DNA from: Leptonemataceae bacterium
GTDB taxonomy: Bacteria > Spirochaetota > Leptospiria > Leptospirales > Leptonemataceae
Length of the DNA stretch: 64,000 bases
Direction: 5' to 3'
Assembly (NCBI GenBank): GCA_965227295.1
Contig: OZ245742.1
Span: forward strand, 2,208,001 to 2,272,000
The notes beneath the pieces were generated by a model. That model did no database searches, had not been told where the DNA came from, and was given only the letters and a program-made list of their open reading frames with translations. Position numbers and translations under genes: made by a program. Position 1 is the stretch's first letter; every line of letters begins with the position of its first letter. Below, in pieces: positions 27,709 to 37,885 of this stretch.

Positions 27709-29340
27709 GTGCATTTTCGAATCTCCGTCTTCGTTTATATGATTCTCCTTCTGGCCCCGGGCTGCGGTTCGCGTCTGGGCGATGTCTCTCGCATCGCCGC
27801 CATTGAGCTTAACGGCCGATCGTACACAGCCGTCATTGCGAAAGGCAGTCCGGACGGATCTCGCTACTTTGTATTCTTCAGCCCCGATGACAATTGTTCC
27901 TGCCGCGGAAACTCCGGCGAACAATTTCGCATGCCAGCGGATAACTGCATACTGCAAATTCGCGCAGCGAAGGATAATCGTGTTCTCACAGAATTTTCGT
28001 CCGGTAAGGAATACTGCCAGGCGTTGCGCTGGCATCATACGGTCGGCTGGTTCGATGATCTGCGCTTGTTGACCGTCGATAATTATCACGGTGCCGCCGA
28101 AGCACAAATCGCATACTACGCCCTGGACTATGCCACAGGAACCAGCCATAGTGTGTACTATTGGTCGGAACCCTCCGCGCTCGAACCGGGAAAAGACATG
28201 GGCTCCGTCCGACTATTGGGGCGCAGCTTTTCGTTTCGGTATTCGGGGAATTTACTTATAGTATTCGAAAAAGATCGTTGGGGGAATCGGACACAGAAAG
28301 CACGAATCGAGCTGAGTGAACGGCCTGAGATTGTACCCACCTCCGAGGGCATAGTGATAAAGGCCCAGGGAAAAGAACTGAGATATCTTCCGGGTCCGCG
28401 AAAGTTCGTCGAGTCCGGTTCGGTTCCGCCGGCAATTCCGCTTGCGTCTGCGCGTGATTTTCTTTTTGCGGATCATTTCTACACGGGACGAAACCTGGTC
28501 GCCAGTCCCGGAGAACGAAAGATTGCCGCAGAGGAGTTCGTTCGGGGTCGGCGCCTCTACAGAAACGAAGCGCGACTGAGTGATGCGCAGGCGTCGTTCG
28601 GTCGTGCAATACATTTTCACCCACGCCCGGAGTACTACTACGAACTCGGCAACATTTCGATCGATCTTCGGCAATATGCACGCGCTCAATCGGCTTACGC
28701 TGCCGCCGTTGCGCTGAATCATCCGGAGCCCGGCAAAGTTTATTACAACGCGGCGTGTGCGGCTTCCCTGAATAACGAGATCGACGCGGCCCTGCAACTG
28801 CTCGAAAATGCCTTTCGCAGCGGCTACAATCACTTCGCTCATGCTGGAAAGGATTCCGATCTGGCTGCGGTCCGAGCTGGTTCGCGATTCCCCGACTTAA
28901 TCCAAAAATACGTTAAGCTCGGCCAACTTGCGAGGCCGGCTGAATTACAGGAAAAATCCGTCGTTACGGCGGACCCAAACGGCGGTCACAGTACGAAATT
29001 GTGTGCCGACGGATCGTATGTTCGCACGCACTCATATCCTTCGATGGATGAAGAAGTAGACGTCGACTATATATGTGTGCAAATCTCACGGGGCATCTGG
29101 GGAGTAGATGAAAGCGGTGCGCTTATGATTCTGCCGCGGATGCAATGCGAGAACGGGGCCGTACGCAAAGACGAGTGTCTGCCGGTGAACTGTCGCGCAT
29201 CCGTCGCGGAAGCGGTAGAGCGTGTGGCTACCCGGGCCGAGCTCGAGAAGTTGCAGAGCGGTGAAAGGATCTCTCGCGGGGCTGGTTATGAGCAAAGGCT
29301 GTACGACGGCGTAGCCCCGTGTAAGGCCGCGGCCCCGTAG
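27709..29340 (+). CDS. TPR-containing lipoprotein
   Basis: LLLAPGC lipobox; TPRs with YYNAACAASL..A...GY..DSDL. Confidence 0.75.
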   Translation: MHFRISVFVYMILLLAPGCGSRLGDVSRIAAIELNGRSYTAVIAKGSPDGSRYFVFFSPDDNCSCRGNSGEQFRMPADNCILQIRAAKDNRVLTEFSSGKEYCQALRWHHTVGWFDDLRLLTVDNYHGAAEAQIAYYALDYATGTSHSVYYWSEPSALEPGKDMGSVRLLGRSFSFRYSGNLLIVFEKDRWGNRTQKARIELSERPEIVPTSEGIVIKAQGKELRYLPGPRKFVESGSVPPAIPLASARDFLFADHFYTGRNLVASPGERKIAAEEFVRGRRLYRNEARLSDAQASFGRAIHFHPRPEYYYELGNISIDLRQYARAQSAYAAAVALNHPEPGKVYYNAACAASLNNEIDAALQLLENAFRSGYNHFAHAGKDSDLAAVRAGSRFPDLIQKYVKLGQLARPAELQEKSVVTADPNGGHSTKLCADGSYVRTHSYPSMDEEVDVDYICVQISRGIWGVDESGALMILPRMQCENGAVRKDECLPVNCRASVAEAVERVATRAELEKLQSGERISRGAGYEQRLYDGVAPCKAAAP

Positions 29341-29344
29341 GTCC

Positions 29345-30205
29345 TCACGTCACCGCCACCCCGGAGTCCCCGGCGTCTCCGAGGTGCATTGTTTTCCCGC
29401 GCTCCCGCCGTTCCACCACCGCATCGAAGTATTCGTCGTACCTGGGATGGTTCGTGCCCATCACCCGATCCCAGAAGTTGAAGTACAACGAATAGTTGCA
29501 GTTCACGTGCGAGTGATGCATGTTATGATGCGTGGACGTGTTGATCCACTTCGTGAACGTACCGCGGGTCCAGCCTTTCGGAAAAAACTCGTAGCCGCCG
29601 TGCCAGAGGATGTTCAGGATCATGGCGTAGAACGTGTGCAGGATCAAAACAATCGGGTGCATCGGCACGACGAGCACGAACAAAAAGAGATAGATGCCTT
29701 CCAGAAACGCTTCGTACGGATGAAACGAGTACGCCGCCATGGGCGAGGGGTTCGTCGACTTATGATGATTCAAATGCACCAGACGAAACCAGGGGCGCCG
29801 GTGCACCAGCCGATGCATCCAGTAGAAGTACGTCTCGTGCCACATGGTAATCAACGCGAACGAAGCCGGCAGGTACCAGTAACCGTAGGCTCCCGGATCG
29901 AAGTACATCGCGGTGAGGCCGGCGCGGGAGAGCCCCAGGGACATCGTGCCGATCAGTACAAAAATCACCAGCGTTGCAAACGAATGTCCGAACTCGTACC
30001 AGATTCGCTCGGCCTTCGGGAATCGTTCCTGAATTCTCCAGGGCAGCCAGGCTTCTTTGCGCCAGACCCAGAGGATCAGCAAGAACAGTCCGGCCAGCGG
30101 GAAATACCGGATCGAGTTCATAAAGAACATGTAACCGGAAATCTGTCCCAGGCAGCCCCAGGCCTCCCACGTAAGTAAAGATGATGTAATGTTACAGCCG
30201 GTCAT
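29345..30205 (-). CDS. Sterol desaturase/fatty acid hydroxylase family protein
   Basis: His boxes YWMHRLVH, HLNHH, HHNMHH; NYSLYFNFWDRVMGT. Confidence 0.92.
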   Translation of the reverse strand: MTGCNITSSLLTWEAWGCLGQISGYMFFMNSIRYFPLAGLFLLILWVWRKEAWLPWRIQERFPKAERIWYEFGHSFATLVIFVLIGTMSLGLSRAGLTAMYFDPGAYGYWYLPASFALITMWHETYFYWMHRLVHRRPWFRLVHLNHHKSTNPSPMAAYSFHPYEAFLEGIYLFLFVLVVPMHPIVLILHTFYAMILNILWHGGYEFFPKGWTRGTFTKWINTSTHHNMHHSHVNCNYSLYFNFWDRVMGTNHPRYDEYFDAVVERRERGKTMHLGDAGDSGVAVT

Positions 30206-30296
30206 TTCAGCTCCTCCTTAAGTGGAGCGAGCATAGCACGGCCGTGATCCACGATCGCCCGGGTTGATAAAACCGGCGCAAAAAAATCGTTCGGGA

Positions 30297-31376
30297 TTAT
30301 AAACTCGAACGCGACTTGCGATACTGCGACGGGCTCATGCCGGTTTCTTTCGCGAAGGCCGTGTTGAACGTGGTTTTGCTGTTGAAGCCGACCTCGTAGG
30401 CGATGGACAGCACCGTGCGCTGCGGCTGCTGCGTGAGCAATTCGCGCGCCCGGGCAATGCGCCGGCCGTTGACGTAGGCCGGGAAACTCAAACCCAGATG
30501 CGCGTTGAAGAACTCCGAAAGCTGATGCTGGCTGAGCCCCAGACGTTCGGCCAGGCCTTGCAGGCTCAGCGATTCCCCGGCGTAGACGCGCTCCGCGTCC
30601 ATTAAGTGCTCGAGTCGGCGGCGCAGGTCCGCCAGGTCCACGCCGCCGAGCTGGCTTCGGCGGTACTTCTCTTCCTGCACGGCAATCTCCAGGTTCTGAA
30701 AGAACGCCGGATGCCGGCGGCGAATGAGATACAGGGCCGGGGCGAGCAGCGACATGATCGTCACCGAAACGCGCAGAAACTCCGGCGTACGGCTCAGGAG
30801 CGCGCCGATGGCAAAGGCACAGATGGCGCCGCAGGCGGTCAGGATGAACAACGCCACCCGGATGACCGGCTCTTCGCGCAGGTGTTTCACGTTCAAAAGC
30901 GGCAGCAGCGGTACGGTCGCGAGTCCGACGTAGATCGCAAAGTGGACGATGCCCGCGGCGAAAAGCAACGTGCTTAACTGTGCGGTGCCGCTCAAGAATT
31001 GAGCGATGACTTCACGTTTTGCCTGCGCGGTCTCGAAGTAAAACGGCAGCATCACCGCAAGCACGATCAGGGCGGGGACAAAATGCCGGGCAATGCGTCC
31101 CCGCGGACGCTCCGGTTCCAGGACGCGCCGGAAGAATTGCAGAAAGAGCGGCCCGATGCAGAAGACGAACGGCAGCTGGATTTGAAAGAGATGCGGGTAC
31201 TGGAAGATGCGGCCGGACAGAGTCATGCCCGCGTGGAAGAGCACCAGGGAGAACGCGGCAAAGAGGGCCGTAAGCAAACGATTGCGTTCATCGGCCTGCT
31301 TCACGCACAGTTCGCCCGCGGCATAGAGGGCGCACAGGGCGGCGCCGTAGAGCGGGAGTTCTTCAAAAAACTGCAT
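30297..31376 (-). CDS. Membrane-bound AraC family regulator
   Basis: Multiple TMs, then IAYEVGFNSKTTFNTAF..TGMSPSQYR; start placed at ATG 31376. Confidence 0.9.
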   Translation of the reverse strand: MQFFEELPLYGAALCALYAAGELCVKQADERNRLLTALFAAFSLVLFHAGMTLSGRIFQYPHLFQIQLPFVFCIGPLFLQFFRRVLEPERPRGRIARHFVPALIVLAVMLPFYFETAQAKREVIAQFLSGTAQLSTLLFAAGIVHFAIYVGLATVPLLPLLNVKHLREEPVIRVALFILTACGAICAFAIGALLSRTPEFLRVSVTIMSLLAPALYLIRRRHPAFFQNLEIAVQEEKYRRSQLGGVDLADLRRRLEHLMDAERVYAGESLSLQGLAERLGLSQHQLSEFFNAHLGLSFPAYVNGRRIARARELLTQQPQRTVLSIAYEVGFNSKTTFNTAFAKETGMSPSQYRKSRSSL

Positions 31377-31419
31377 GAAAAAGCTGTATGATTCCGGCGT
31401 TCTGTTGTTCATTGCAAGC

Positions 31420-33678
31420 ATGCACTCCGTCGCAAGCCTTTTGTTTCGCCCGGTCGCGGGCATCGTACTCATCGTCGCCGCTTTCCTCTTAAACGCTGCG
31501 GCCGTGCGTGCCGTTCCCTCCGTCGATGTGCCCGGAGGTACGGCCGTGCGCGGCGCCGGACCGGCCGTGGCCGCAAGCATGCGCGAAGTTTACGATGAGC
31601 CCGCCGTGCGAACGGCCGTGCCGGATCGTGTGCGTTCGGAATACGGTACGGCCCGCATGTTCGCCGCGCCCGCGGACGGCGGCGATGTTGTCATCGGCCT
31701 GCATCTGAGCCTGGATCCGGCGTGGCACAGTTACTGGAAGAACCCCGGCGACTCCGGCATGGCGACGCGCATAGACTGGGAGTTGCCGCCGGGTTTCACC
31801 GCCGGGCCGATCCAGTGGCCCGTGCCCCGCCGCATCTTTTTGCCGCCGCTCATGTCCTACGGTTTCGAAGGCGACGTCGTACTGCTCAGTCGAATCACTC
31901 CACCGCAGTCCTTTTTGGATGATGCGAATGCGAGCGTGCCATTGGAGGCGCGCGTGGAGTGGCTGGAGTGCAAAGAGATCTGCCTGCCCGGCGAGGGCCG
32001 CTTTGCGTTCGAACTTACGCCGGAGATGTTTCGCGGAGAAAGCCCCGCCGTGGATCGGTTGCGGCGCTTTTTGCCGCGGGAGTTTCGCGGGAGTGACGGC
32101 GCGTCCCCCGTGCTGCGGACAACGGAAGCAGCCCTCACTGTGCGCGCGCCGCTGCCGCCCGGCCTGAACGCCGACGTCCTGGATCCGGAGCAGATCTACT
32201 TTTTCGCCGAGGCCGAAGGTCTCGCCGCCCACGCCGAAGCGCAAAGCGTTAACCTTTCCGAAACAGAAGTTACGCTCACAATTCCCCTGGACGGCAACGC
32301 CGCACTCCAGGCCGAAACGGATCCGAACGAACTCCGCGGCGTGTTGATGTTCGGGGCGACGCCGGGCACGGACGACGTGCTCGCCTGGCGGATCGACGGC
32401 GGGAAAAAACGCGGCGGCTTTGCAAACATCTTACTGATGATGCTCTTTGCGTTTGCGGGCGGACTCATTCTGAATCTCATGCCCTGCGTGTTGCCGGTGC
32501 TGTCATTGAAAGTCCTGTCGTTGCTCGAACACCGCGGTGACGGCGGCAATCTGCGGAGCGGCCTCTGGTTTACGTTCGGGGTGCTGGTCTCGTTCTGGGC
32601 CCTGGCCGGCGTTCTGTTACTGTTGAAGGCCGGCGGCGAGGCCGTGGGCTGGGGCTATCAGTTGCAATCGCCGGGTTTCGTGTTCGGGTTGGGGCTCGTG
32701 CTCTTCGGCTTCGCGTTGAATCTGCTCGGCGTCTTCGAAGTCGCCGTGCCCGGGGGCGCGTTTGTAGGAACTCTTACGGACGGTGTGAAAACGAGCGGCG
32801 CCGGGCGGCATTTTTTTACCGGGGTGCTTGCGACGATCGTCGCCACGCCGTGCACGGCGCCGTTCATGGGTACGGCCATGGGCTTCGCGTTCACCCAGGG
32901 AACGTTTACGGCCCTGGGTATTTTCACGTTTCTCGGCGCGGGCATGGCCACCCCGGTCCTGCTGCTCACGGCGTTTCCGGCGGCGCTGGCCTATCTTCCG
33001 AAACCCGGTCGGTGGATGGAGAGCCTGAAGCAGTTCTTCGGTTTCCTGCTGCTGGCCACGGTCCTCTGGTTGCTCTGGCTGCTTGGCCGCCTGAGCGGGG
33101 CGGATGCCGTCGTTGCGGCCCTGGCCGGATTGCTGCTCGCCGGCGTCGCCGCCTGGATCTTCGGTCGCTGGGCCTCGCCGCTGCAATCATCCGGCACGCG
33201 TCGTCTGGCCGGGGTCCTCGCCGTTGGGCTCGCCGTGGTTTCGCTGCTCGGAACGTACTATTTAATAGAAAGATTCGCCGGAACTCCGGCGCAACGTCCG
33301 GCGGCAGGGGCGAGCTTTCAAAAGTGGGAAGAGTTTTCACCGGGCCGACTCGCCGAACTGCGGGCCGACGGCACACCGGTCTTCATCGATTTCACGGCGG
33401 ATTGGTGTCTGAGCTGCAAGGTCAACGAGGCGCTCACGTTCGAATCGCCGGCGGTCTGGGAGGCCATGGCCGAGCGCGGCCTGGTCGCCCTCAAGGCCGA
33501 CTGGACCCGCCGGGACCCGGAGATCAGCCGGGCGCTGGAATCCTACGGGCGGAGCGGGGTGCCGGTCTACGTCCTCTACCGTGGCGACCCCGGTGCGGAA
33601 CCGCGGTTGTTGCCGGAGGTCTTGACGGAGAGCCTGTTTCTGGCCGCACTGGAACGCCTGCCGGTGCTCGACAAATGA
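31420..33678 (+). CDS. dsbD: Thiol:disulfide interchange protein DsbD family
   Basis: WHSYWKNPGDSG, CKEIC, NLMPCVLPVL, ATPCTAPFM, FTADWCLSCK. Confidence 0.92.
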   Translation: MHSVASLLFRPVAGIVLIVAAFLLNAAAVRAVPSVDVPGGTAVRGAGPAVAASMREVYDEPAVRTAVPDRVRSEYGTARMFAAPADGGDVVIGLHLSLDPAWHSYWKNPGDSGMATRIDWELPPGFTAGPIQWPVPRRIFLPPLMSYGFEGDVVLLSRITPPQSFLDDANASVPLEARVEWLECKEICLPGEGRFAFELTPEMFRGESPAVDRLRRFLPREFRGSDGASPVLRTTEAALTVRAPLPPGLNADVLDPEQIYFFAEAEGLAAHAEAQSVNLSETEVTLTIPLDGNAALQAETDPNELRGVLMFGATPGTDDVLAWRIDGGKKRGGFANILLMMLFAFAGGLILNLMPCVLPVLSLKVLSLLEHRGDGGNLRSGLWFTFGVLVSFWALAGVLLLLKAGGEAVGWGYQLQSPGFVFGLGLVLFGFALNLLGVFEVAVPGGAFVGTLTDGVKTSGAGRHFFTGVLATIVATPCTAPFMGTAMGFAFTQGTFTALGIFTFLGAGMATPVLLLTAFPAALAYLPKPGRWMESLKQFFGFLLLATVLWLLWLLGRLSGADAVVAALAGLLLAGVAAWIFGRWASPLQSSGTRRLAGVLAVGLAVVSLLGTYYLIERFAGTPAQRPAAGASFQKWEEFSPGRLAELRADGTPVFIDFTADWCLSCKVNEALTFESPAVWEAMAERGLVALKADWTRRDPEISRALESYGRSGVPVYVLYRGDPGAEPRLLPEVLTESLFLAALERLPVLDK

Positions 33679-33727
33679 GGCGTCAGTGCTTAACTTGCAA
33701 GGACACAGGAACCAGGAGAGGAATCTT

Positions 33728-34360
33728 ATGAACTATCGCATTGCTTTCGCCGCGCTGCTCGCCGCCGCCGTGGCCATGACCGGCGCCTGCCGCGACCCCG
33801 AGCTGGACGCGCGTTCCGCCGGACTCGTGGGCGAGGCCGCCCCGGACTTCACGTTGCCTTCCCACGACGGCAAGTCCTACAGCTTCGGCGATCTCAAAGG
33901 CAAGTACGTCGTGCTGGAGTGGATCAACTTCGACTGCCCCTTCGTGCGCAAGCACTACAACAACAGCGACAACATGGTTTCGTTGCAAAAGAAGTTCATC
34001 GAGAAAGGCGTGGTCTGGTTTTCCGTGAACTCCAGCGCGCAGGGCAAGCAGGGTCACTTTGCTCCCGCGGAAATCAACAAACGCATGCAACAGGTGAACT
34101 GGGCCGGTAGCGCGTACCTGCTCGATACCGACGGCAAGGTCGGCCGGGCCTACGGCGCGCAGACGACGCCGCACATGTACATCATCGATCCCGAAGGCAC
34201 GCTCGTCTACGCCGGCGCCATCGATGACAATTCTTCGTCCAGCGCGAGCAGCATCGAAGGCGCGACGAACTATGTGGACGTCGCCCTGGGCGAGGCCATG
34301 AACGGCGAGGCGGTGAGCACGCCGTCGACGAAATCCTACGGCTGTTCGGTGAAATACTGA
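33728..34360 (+). CDS. AhpC/TSA redoxin family lipoprotein
   Basis: AGGAG RBS; TGAC lipobox; APDFTL, LEWINFDCPFV, TTPHMY, YGCSVKY. Confidence 0.9.
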   Translation: MNYRIAFAALLAAAVAMTGACRDPELDARSAGLVGEAAPDFTLPSHDGKSYSFGDLKGKYVVLEWINFDCPFVRKHYNNSDNMVSLQKKFIEKGVVWFSVNSSAQGKQGHFAPAEINKRMQQVNWAGSAYLLDTDGKVGRAYGAQTTPHMYIIDPEGTLVYAGAIDDNSSSSASSIEGATNYVDVALGEAMNGEAVSTPSTKSYGCSVKY

Positions 34361-34419
34361 GAGCGGTCGCGTCTGGGTGATTTGGCTGGACAGGCCGTGC
34401 TTTCAATCGATGATGCCCC

Positions 34420-35109
34420 ATGTCCATCCTGGGAAGTTTGAATAAGATTATCGAACCTGCGCTGGGCTTCTCGCTCCACGCGCAGGTCGGTAATCCGAAA
34501 GAGCGGGCCGGTCAGCTCACCGAGTCGACGCTGCGCCGCATGCTGCACTTCTATACGCTCGTGCTTCAGGCTCCGGCGGCAGGCACGATTGTCGAGTGCG
34601 GTGTCGGCTGGGGGCGTTCGTTGTTTTATCTTGCGGCCATCCAGCGTACCCTGGGACGCGACGGCACGCTGTACGGTTTCGATTCTTTCGAAGGATTTCC
34701 GGAACCGACCGATGGAGACGCCGGCAGCAGTATCAAGATCGAAAAGGGCCGCTATCGTACGAGTGAAGCGGCTGTACGCGCGCACCTTGTCAATAGCGGC
34801 ATTCCGCAGGACTTTATCGCGGAGAAGATTCGACTCGTACCGGGTTTCTTCGAGGACAGCCTGCAACACTACGACGGCGGCCCGGTGTCACTGTTGCACC
34901 TGGACGTGGACCTCTACGAATCCTACGTGCAAACGCTGGAGTTCTTTTATCCGCGCGTGGCGAGCGGCGGGGTCATCGCCTTCGACGAATACCACGACAA
35001 AAACAAGTTCCCCGGGGCGCGCCGCGCCATTGACGCCTTCCTGGCCGATAAACCCGAGGAAGTTCGTCGTTCCGAATTTCTGGATCGTTACTATCTAATC
35101 AAAGCTTGA
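34420..35109 (+). CDS. TylF/MycF/NovP-like O-methyltransferase
   Basis: IVECGV..G.S, FDSFEGFP, GFFEDSL, LHLDVDLYES, FDEY. Confidence 0.9.
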   Translation: MSILGSLNKIIEPALGFSLHAQVGNPKERAGQLTESTLRRMLHFYTLVLQAPAAGTIVECGVGWGRSLFYLAAIQRTLGRDGTLYGFDSFEGFPEPTDGDAGSSIKIEKGRYRTSEAAVRAHLVNSGIPQDFIAEKIRLVPGFFEDSLQHYDGGPVSLLHLDVDLYESYVQTLEFFYPRVASGGVIAFDEYHDKNKFPGARRAIDAFLADKPEEVRRSEFLDRYYLIKA

Positions 35110-35160
35110 TTCGCCGAAAACGGTGGGCGTTTTGTTTTCATACTTTAGATTGTAGCTCAG

Positions 35161-36282
35161 ATGAACGGTGCGGACATTGCGGAACACAACCCTCGCAACA
35201 GCTTTCTGGATCGCGTGCTCTGGAGCACGAAGTACGGGAACTTTACCGTAGAAAACATCCCGTACTTTCTGCTGCACCTCTCGCCCATCGCGGCGCTTTT
35301 CGTTCCGTTCACCTGGGATCTCGTCATGCTGTGCGCCGCTCTCTACTTCGCGCGCATGTTCGCGATTACGGGCTTCTATCATCGTTACTTCAGTCACCGC
35401 GGCTATCGGGTGCCCTCGCGTTTCGTTCAGTTTCTTATGGCGTTCTGGGGTTGCACGGCTCTGCAACAGGGGCCGTTGTGGTGGGCGAATCATCATCGCT
35501 ATCATCATCGCCATTCCGACACGGAGAAGGACCTGCACTCGCCCGCGCGCTCCGGCTTTTTGTACTCGCATACGCTCTGGTTCTTGTTTCTGAAACACCA
35601 CTCCGAATTTGCGGGACACACGCAAGAACACGATGCGCCGAAAGACCTGGCGCGTTTTCCCGAACTACGCTGGCTGGATCGTTTTCACATTGTGCCGCCG
35701 GTGATTCTCGCCGTGGTCCTGTTCTGGATCGGCGGCCGGACGTACGTCGTGTGGGGTTTCGGCATCAGCACGGTCTTGTTGTATCACGGCACGTTTACCA
35801 TCAACTCGTTGTCGCACATGTACGGCCGGCGTCGCTTCGATACGAACGACACCTCGCGCAATAACTTCTGGCTGGCGATGATTACGCTGGGGGAAGGCTG
35901 GCACAACAATCATCACGCCTTCTGCGGCGGGGCTCAGGCCGGTTTTTACGCGCGCGAGCTGGACGTTACGTATCTGGGTCTGCGTCTCCTGGCGTTTTTC
36001 GGCCTGGTCCGCGACCTCGGCGCGCCGCCGAAGCGTCTGCTCGCCAGAGGACGTCGCGCGGATCGTTTGCGCAAACGCCTGCATGGCTACGTGCGCAAGG
36101 GCGTGGCGTCCCGGTTGTCGGTGAGGGAGATTCAGCTTTTGCTCGAAGCCGGGAATTGCTGTGTCGAACGCGCGGTGATGCGGCGCCTCCCGCTCGCGGA
36201 TTTGCGGGATTTGATTGAACGTTACCGCCGCACGAAAGAGCGACTGCTCCGCATCGAAGCGAATGCGCCCGTGATGGGGTAG
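35161..36282 (+). CDS. Acyl-CoA (delta-9-like) desaturase
   Basis: YHRYFSH, HRYHH, GEGWHNNHH. Confidence 0.93.
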   Translation: MNGADIAEHNPRNSFLDRVLWSTKYGNFTVENIPYFLLHLSPIAALFVPFTWDLVMLCAALYFARMFAITGFYHRYFSHRGYRVPSRFVQFLMAFWGCTALQQGPLWWANHHRYHHRHSDTEKDLHSPARSGFLYSHTLWFLFLKHHSEFAGHTQEHDAPKDLARFPELRWLDRFHIVPPVILAVVLFWIGGRTYVVWGFGISTVLLYHGTFTINSLSHMYGRRRFDTNDTSRNNFWLAMITLGEGWHNNHHAFCGGAQAGFYARELDVTYLGLRLLAFFGLVRDLGAPPKRLLARGRRADRLRKRLHGYVRKGVASRLSVREIQLLLEAGNCCVERAVMRRLPLADLRDLIERYRRTKERLLRIEANAPVMG

Positions 36283-36512
36283 AGTTGCCGTGATCCGTGG
36301 GCTCGCTGCGAATGACACGCAGTCAGTGACGCAACGTCAGTCGGACGCGATGAACGGTGTTCGTGCCATCGGATTTTCCCCGGCACCATCCGTTTTTAAT
36401 GGAGATTTGAGGGCGGGCGATTTATTACGGTTTTTTCGTAATTCTGCAACAATCTTCCGCCCGGGCTTTCGTATACTCAAAGCTCCCATTTCCCTTTGGA
36501 GTTCCTTTCATC

Positions 36513-37853
36513 ATGATCGATACGATTCTCTCTGTCATCGAACAGGTCGAATTCGACGGCGACTTCGTCGTTAAGTTTCCCGACGGCCGCACCTATCGCC
36601 GCGGGGTTTCCGAGCCGCTCTTTACGGTGCACATCAAGACCGAACGCGCGCTGCGTGAAATTCTGCGCAACCCGTCCATGGGCCTTGGTGAATCCTATAT
36701 GGCCGAAGAAGTGGACATCGACGGCGACATGCAACAGTTCTGCCGCTTCGGTTTCATTCTCAAAGACTCGCACTTCGATACGTCGTGGCTCGAAAAGATC
36801 CGTTTCGCCATCGGTTATTTTCTTCGTCGCAATACCCTCGAAGGATCGCGCAAGAACATCGCCGCGCACTACGATCTCGGCAACGAATTCTACTCGCTGT
36901 GGCTGGACCGCGAGGCCATGCAGTACACCTGCGCCTACTTCGAAAACGAAACCGACACCATTGAACAGGCGCAGATCCAAAAGATCGACCTCGTTTGCCG
37001 TAAGTTGCGCCTGCAACCCGGCGAGTCCGTCGTCGAGGCCGGCTGCGGCTGGGGCGGTTTCGCGTTGTATGCGGCTCAGAAGTACGGCGTTAAGATGCGT
37101 TCGTTCAACATTTCGAAAGAACAGATCGCCTTCGCCCAGGAAAAGGCCGCGCGCCTCGGCGTTACAAACGTCGAATACGTCCTCGACGATTACCGCAACA
37201 TCGGCAGCGACCGCCGTCAGTACGACAAGTTCGTAAGCATCGGCATGCTCGAGCACGTCGGCGTCGAGAACTACGGCACGCTCTACGACATCATTCACCG
37301 GGCCGTGAAACCCCGGGGCCTGGCCATGGTTCACAGCATCAGCCGCAACGCCCCGCAAAAGACGGACGCCTGGCTGGAAAAGTACATCTTCCCGGGCAGC
37401 CTCATGCCGTCGCTCTCCGAGATGTGCGGTCCCGTGGAACAAAGCGATCGCCCGCTCTTCGTCCAGGACGTCGAGAACCTGCGCTACCACTACGCGCTGA
37501 CTCTCGATCACTGGGTCGGTCGGCTGGAGGATCACGCCGATCTCATTCGTTCGAAGTACGGCGAGGCCTTCTATCGCATGTTCCGTTTTTATCTGCACGC
37601 ATCCGCCGCGGGTTTTCGTTGGGGCGGGATCTTACTCTATCAAATGCTGCTTTCGAACGGCTACGACAATGTCGCGCCGCTTACCCGCCGCCACTTCTTC
37701 GCGGAAAAAAAGGTGACCGGCCTGAACGGCAAGGTCGGTGTGAACGGGCGAGCGCGGAGCAACGGCAAAACGAGTGCTAACGGACGGGCCGCGTCCAACG
37801 GTAAGCGGACTGCAAAGAAAAAGAAAGCGAAAGCCACGGCAAAGCGCCGTTAA
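36513..37853 (+). CDS. cfa: Cyclopropane-fatty-acyl-phospholipid synthase family methyltransferase
   Basis: NIAAHYDLGNEFY, MQYTCAYF, GCGWGG, SIGMLEHVG, KYIFPG, HYALTL. Confidence 0.88.
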   Translation: MIDTILSVIEQVEFDGDFVVKFPDGRTYRRGVSEPLFTVHIKTERALREILRNPSMGLGESYMAEEVDIDGDMQQFCRFGFILKDSHFDTSWLEKIRFAIGYFLRRNTLEGSRKNIAAHYDLGNEFYSLWLDREAMQYTCAYFENETDTIEQAQIQKIDLVCRKLRLQPGESVVEAGCGWGGFALYAAQKYGVKMRSFNISKEQIAFAQEKAARLGVTNVEYVLDDYRNIGSDRRQYDKFVSIGMLEHVGVENYGTLYDIIHRAVKPRGLAMVHSISRNAPQKTDAWLEKYIFPGSLMPSLSEMCGPVEQSDRPLFVQDVENLRYHYALTLDHWVGRLEDHADLIRSKYGEAFYRMFRFYLHASAAGFRWGGILLYQMLLSNGYDNVAPLTRRHFFAEKKVTGLNGKVGVNGRARSNGKTSANGRAASNGKRTAKKKKAKATAKRR

Positions 37854-37885
37854 GTGCGTTCGCGTAATTATTAACGAGTACATCT

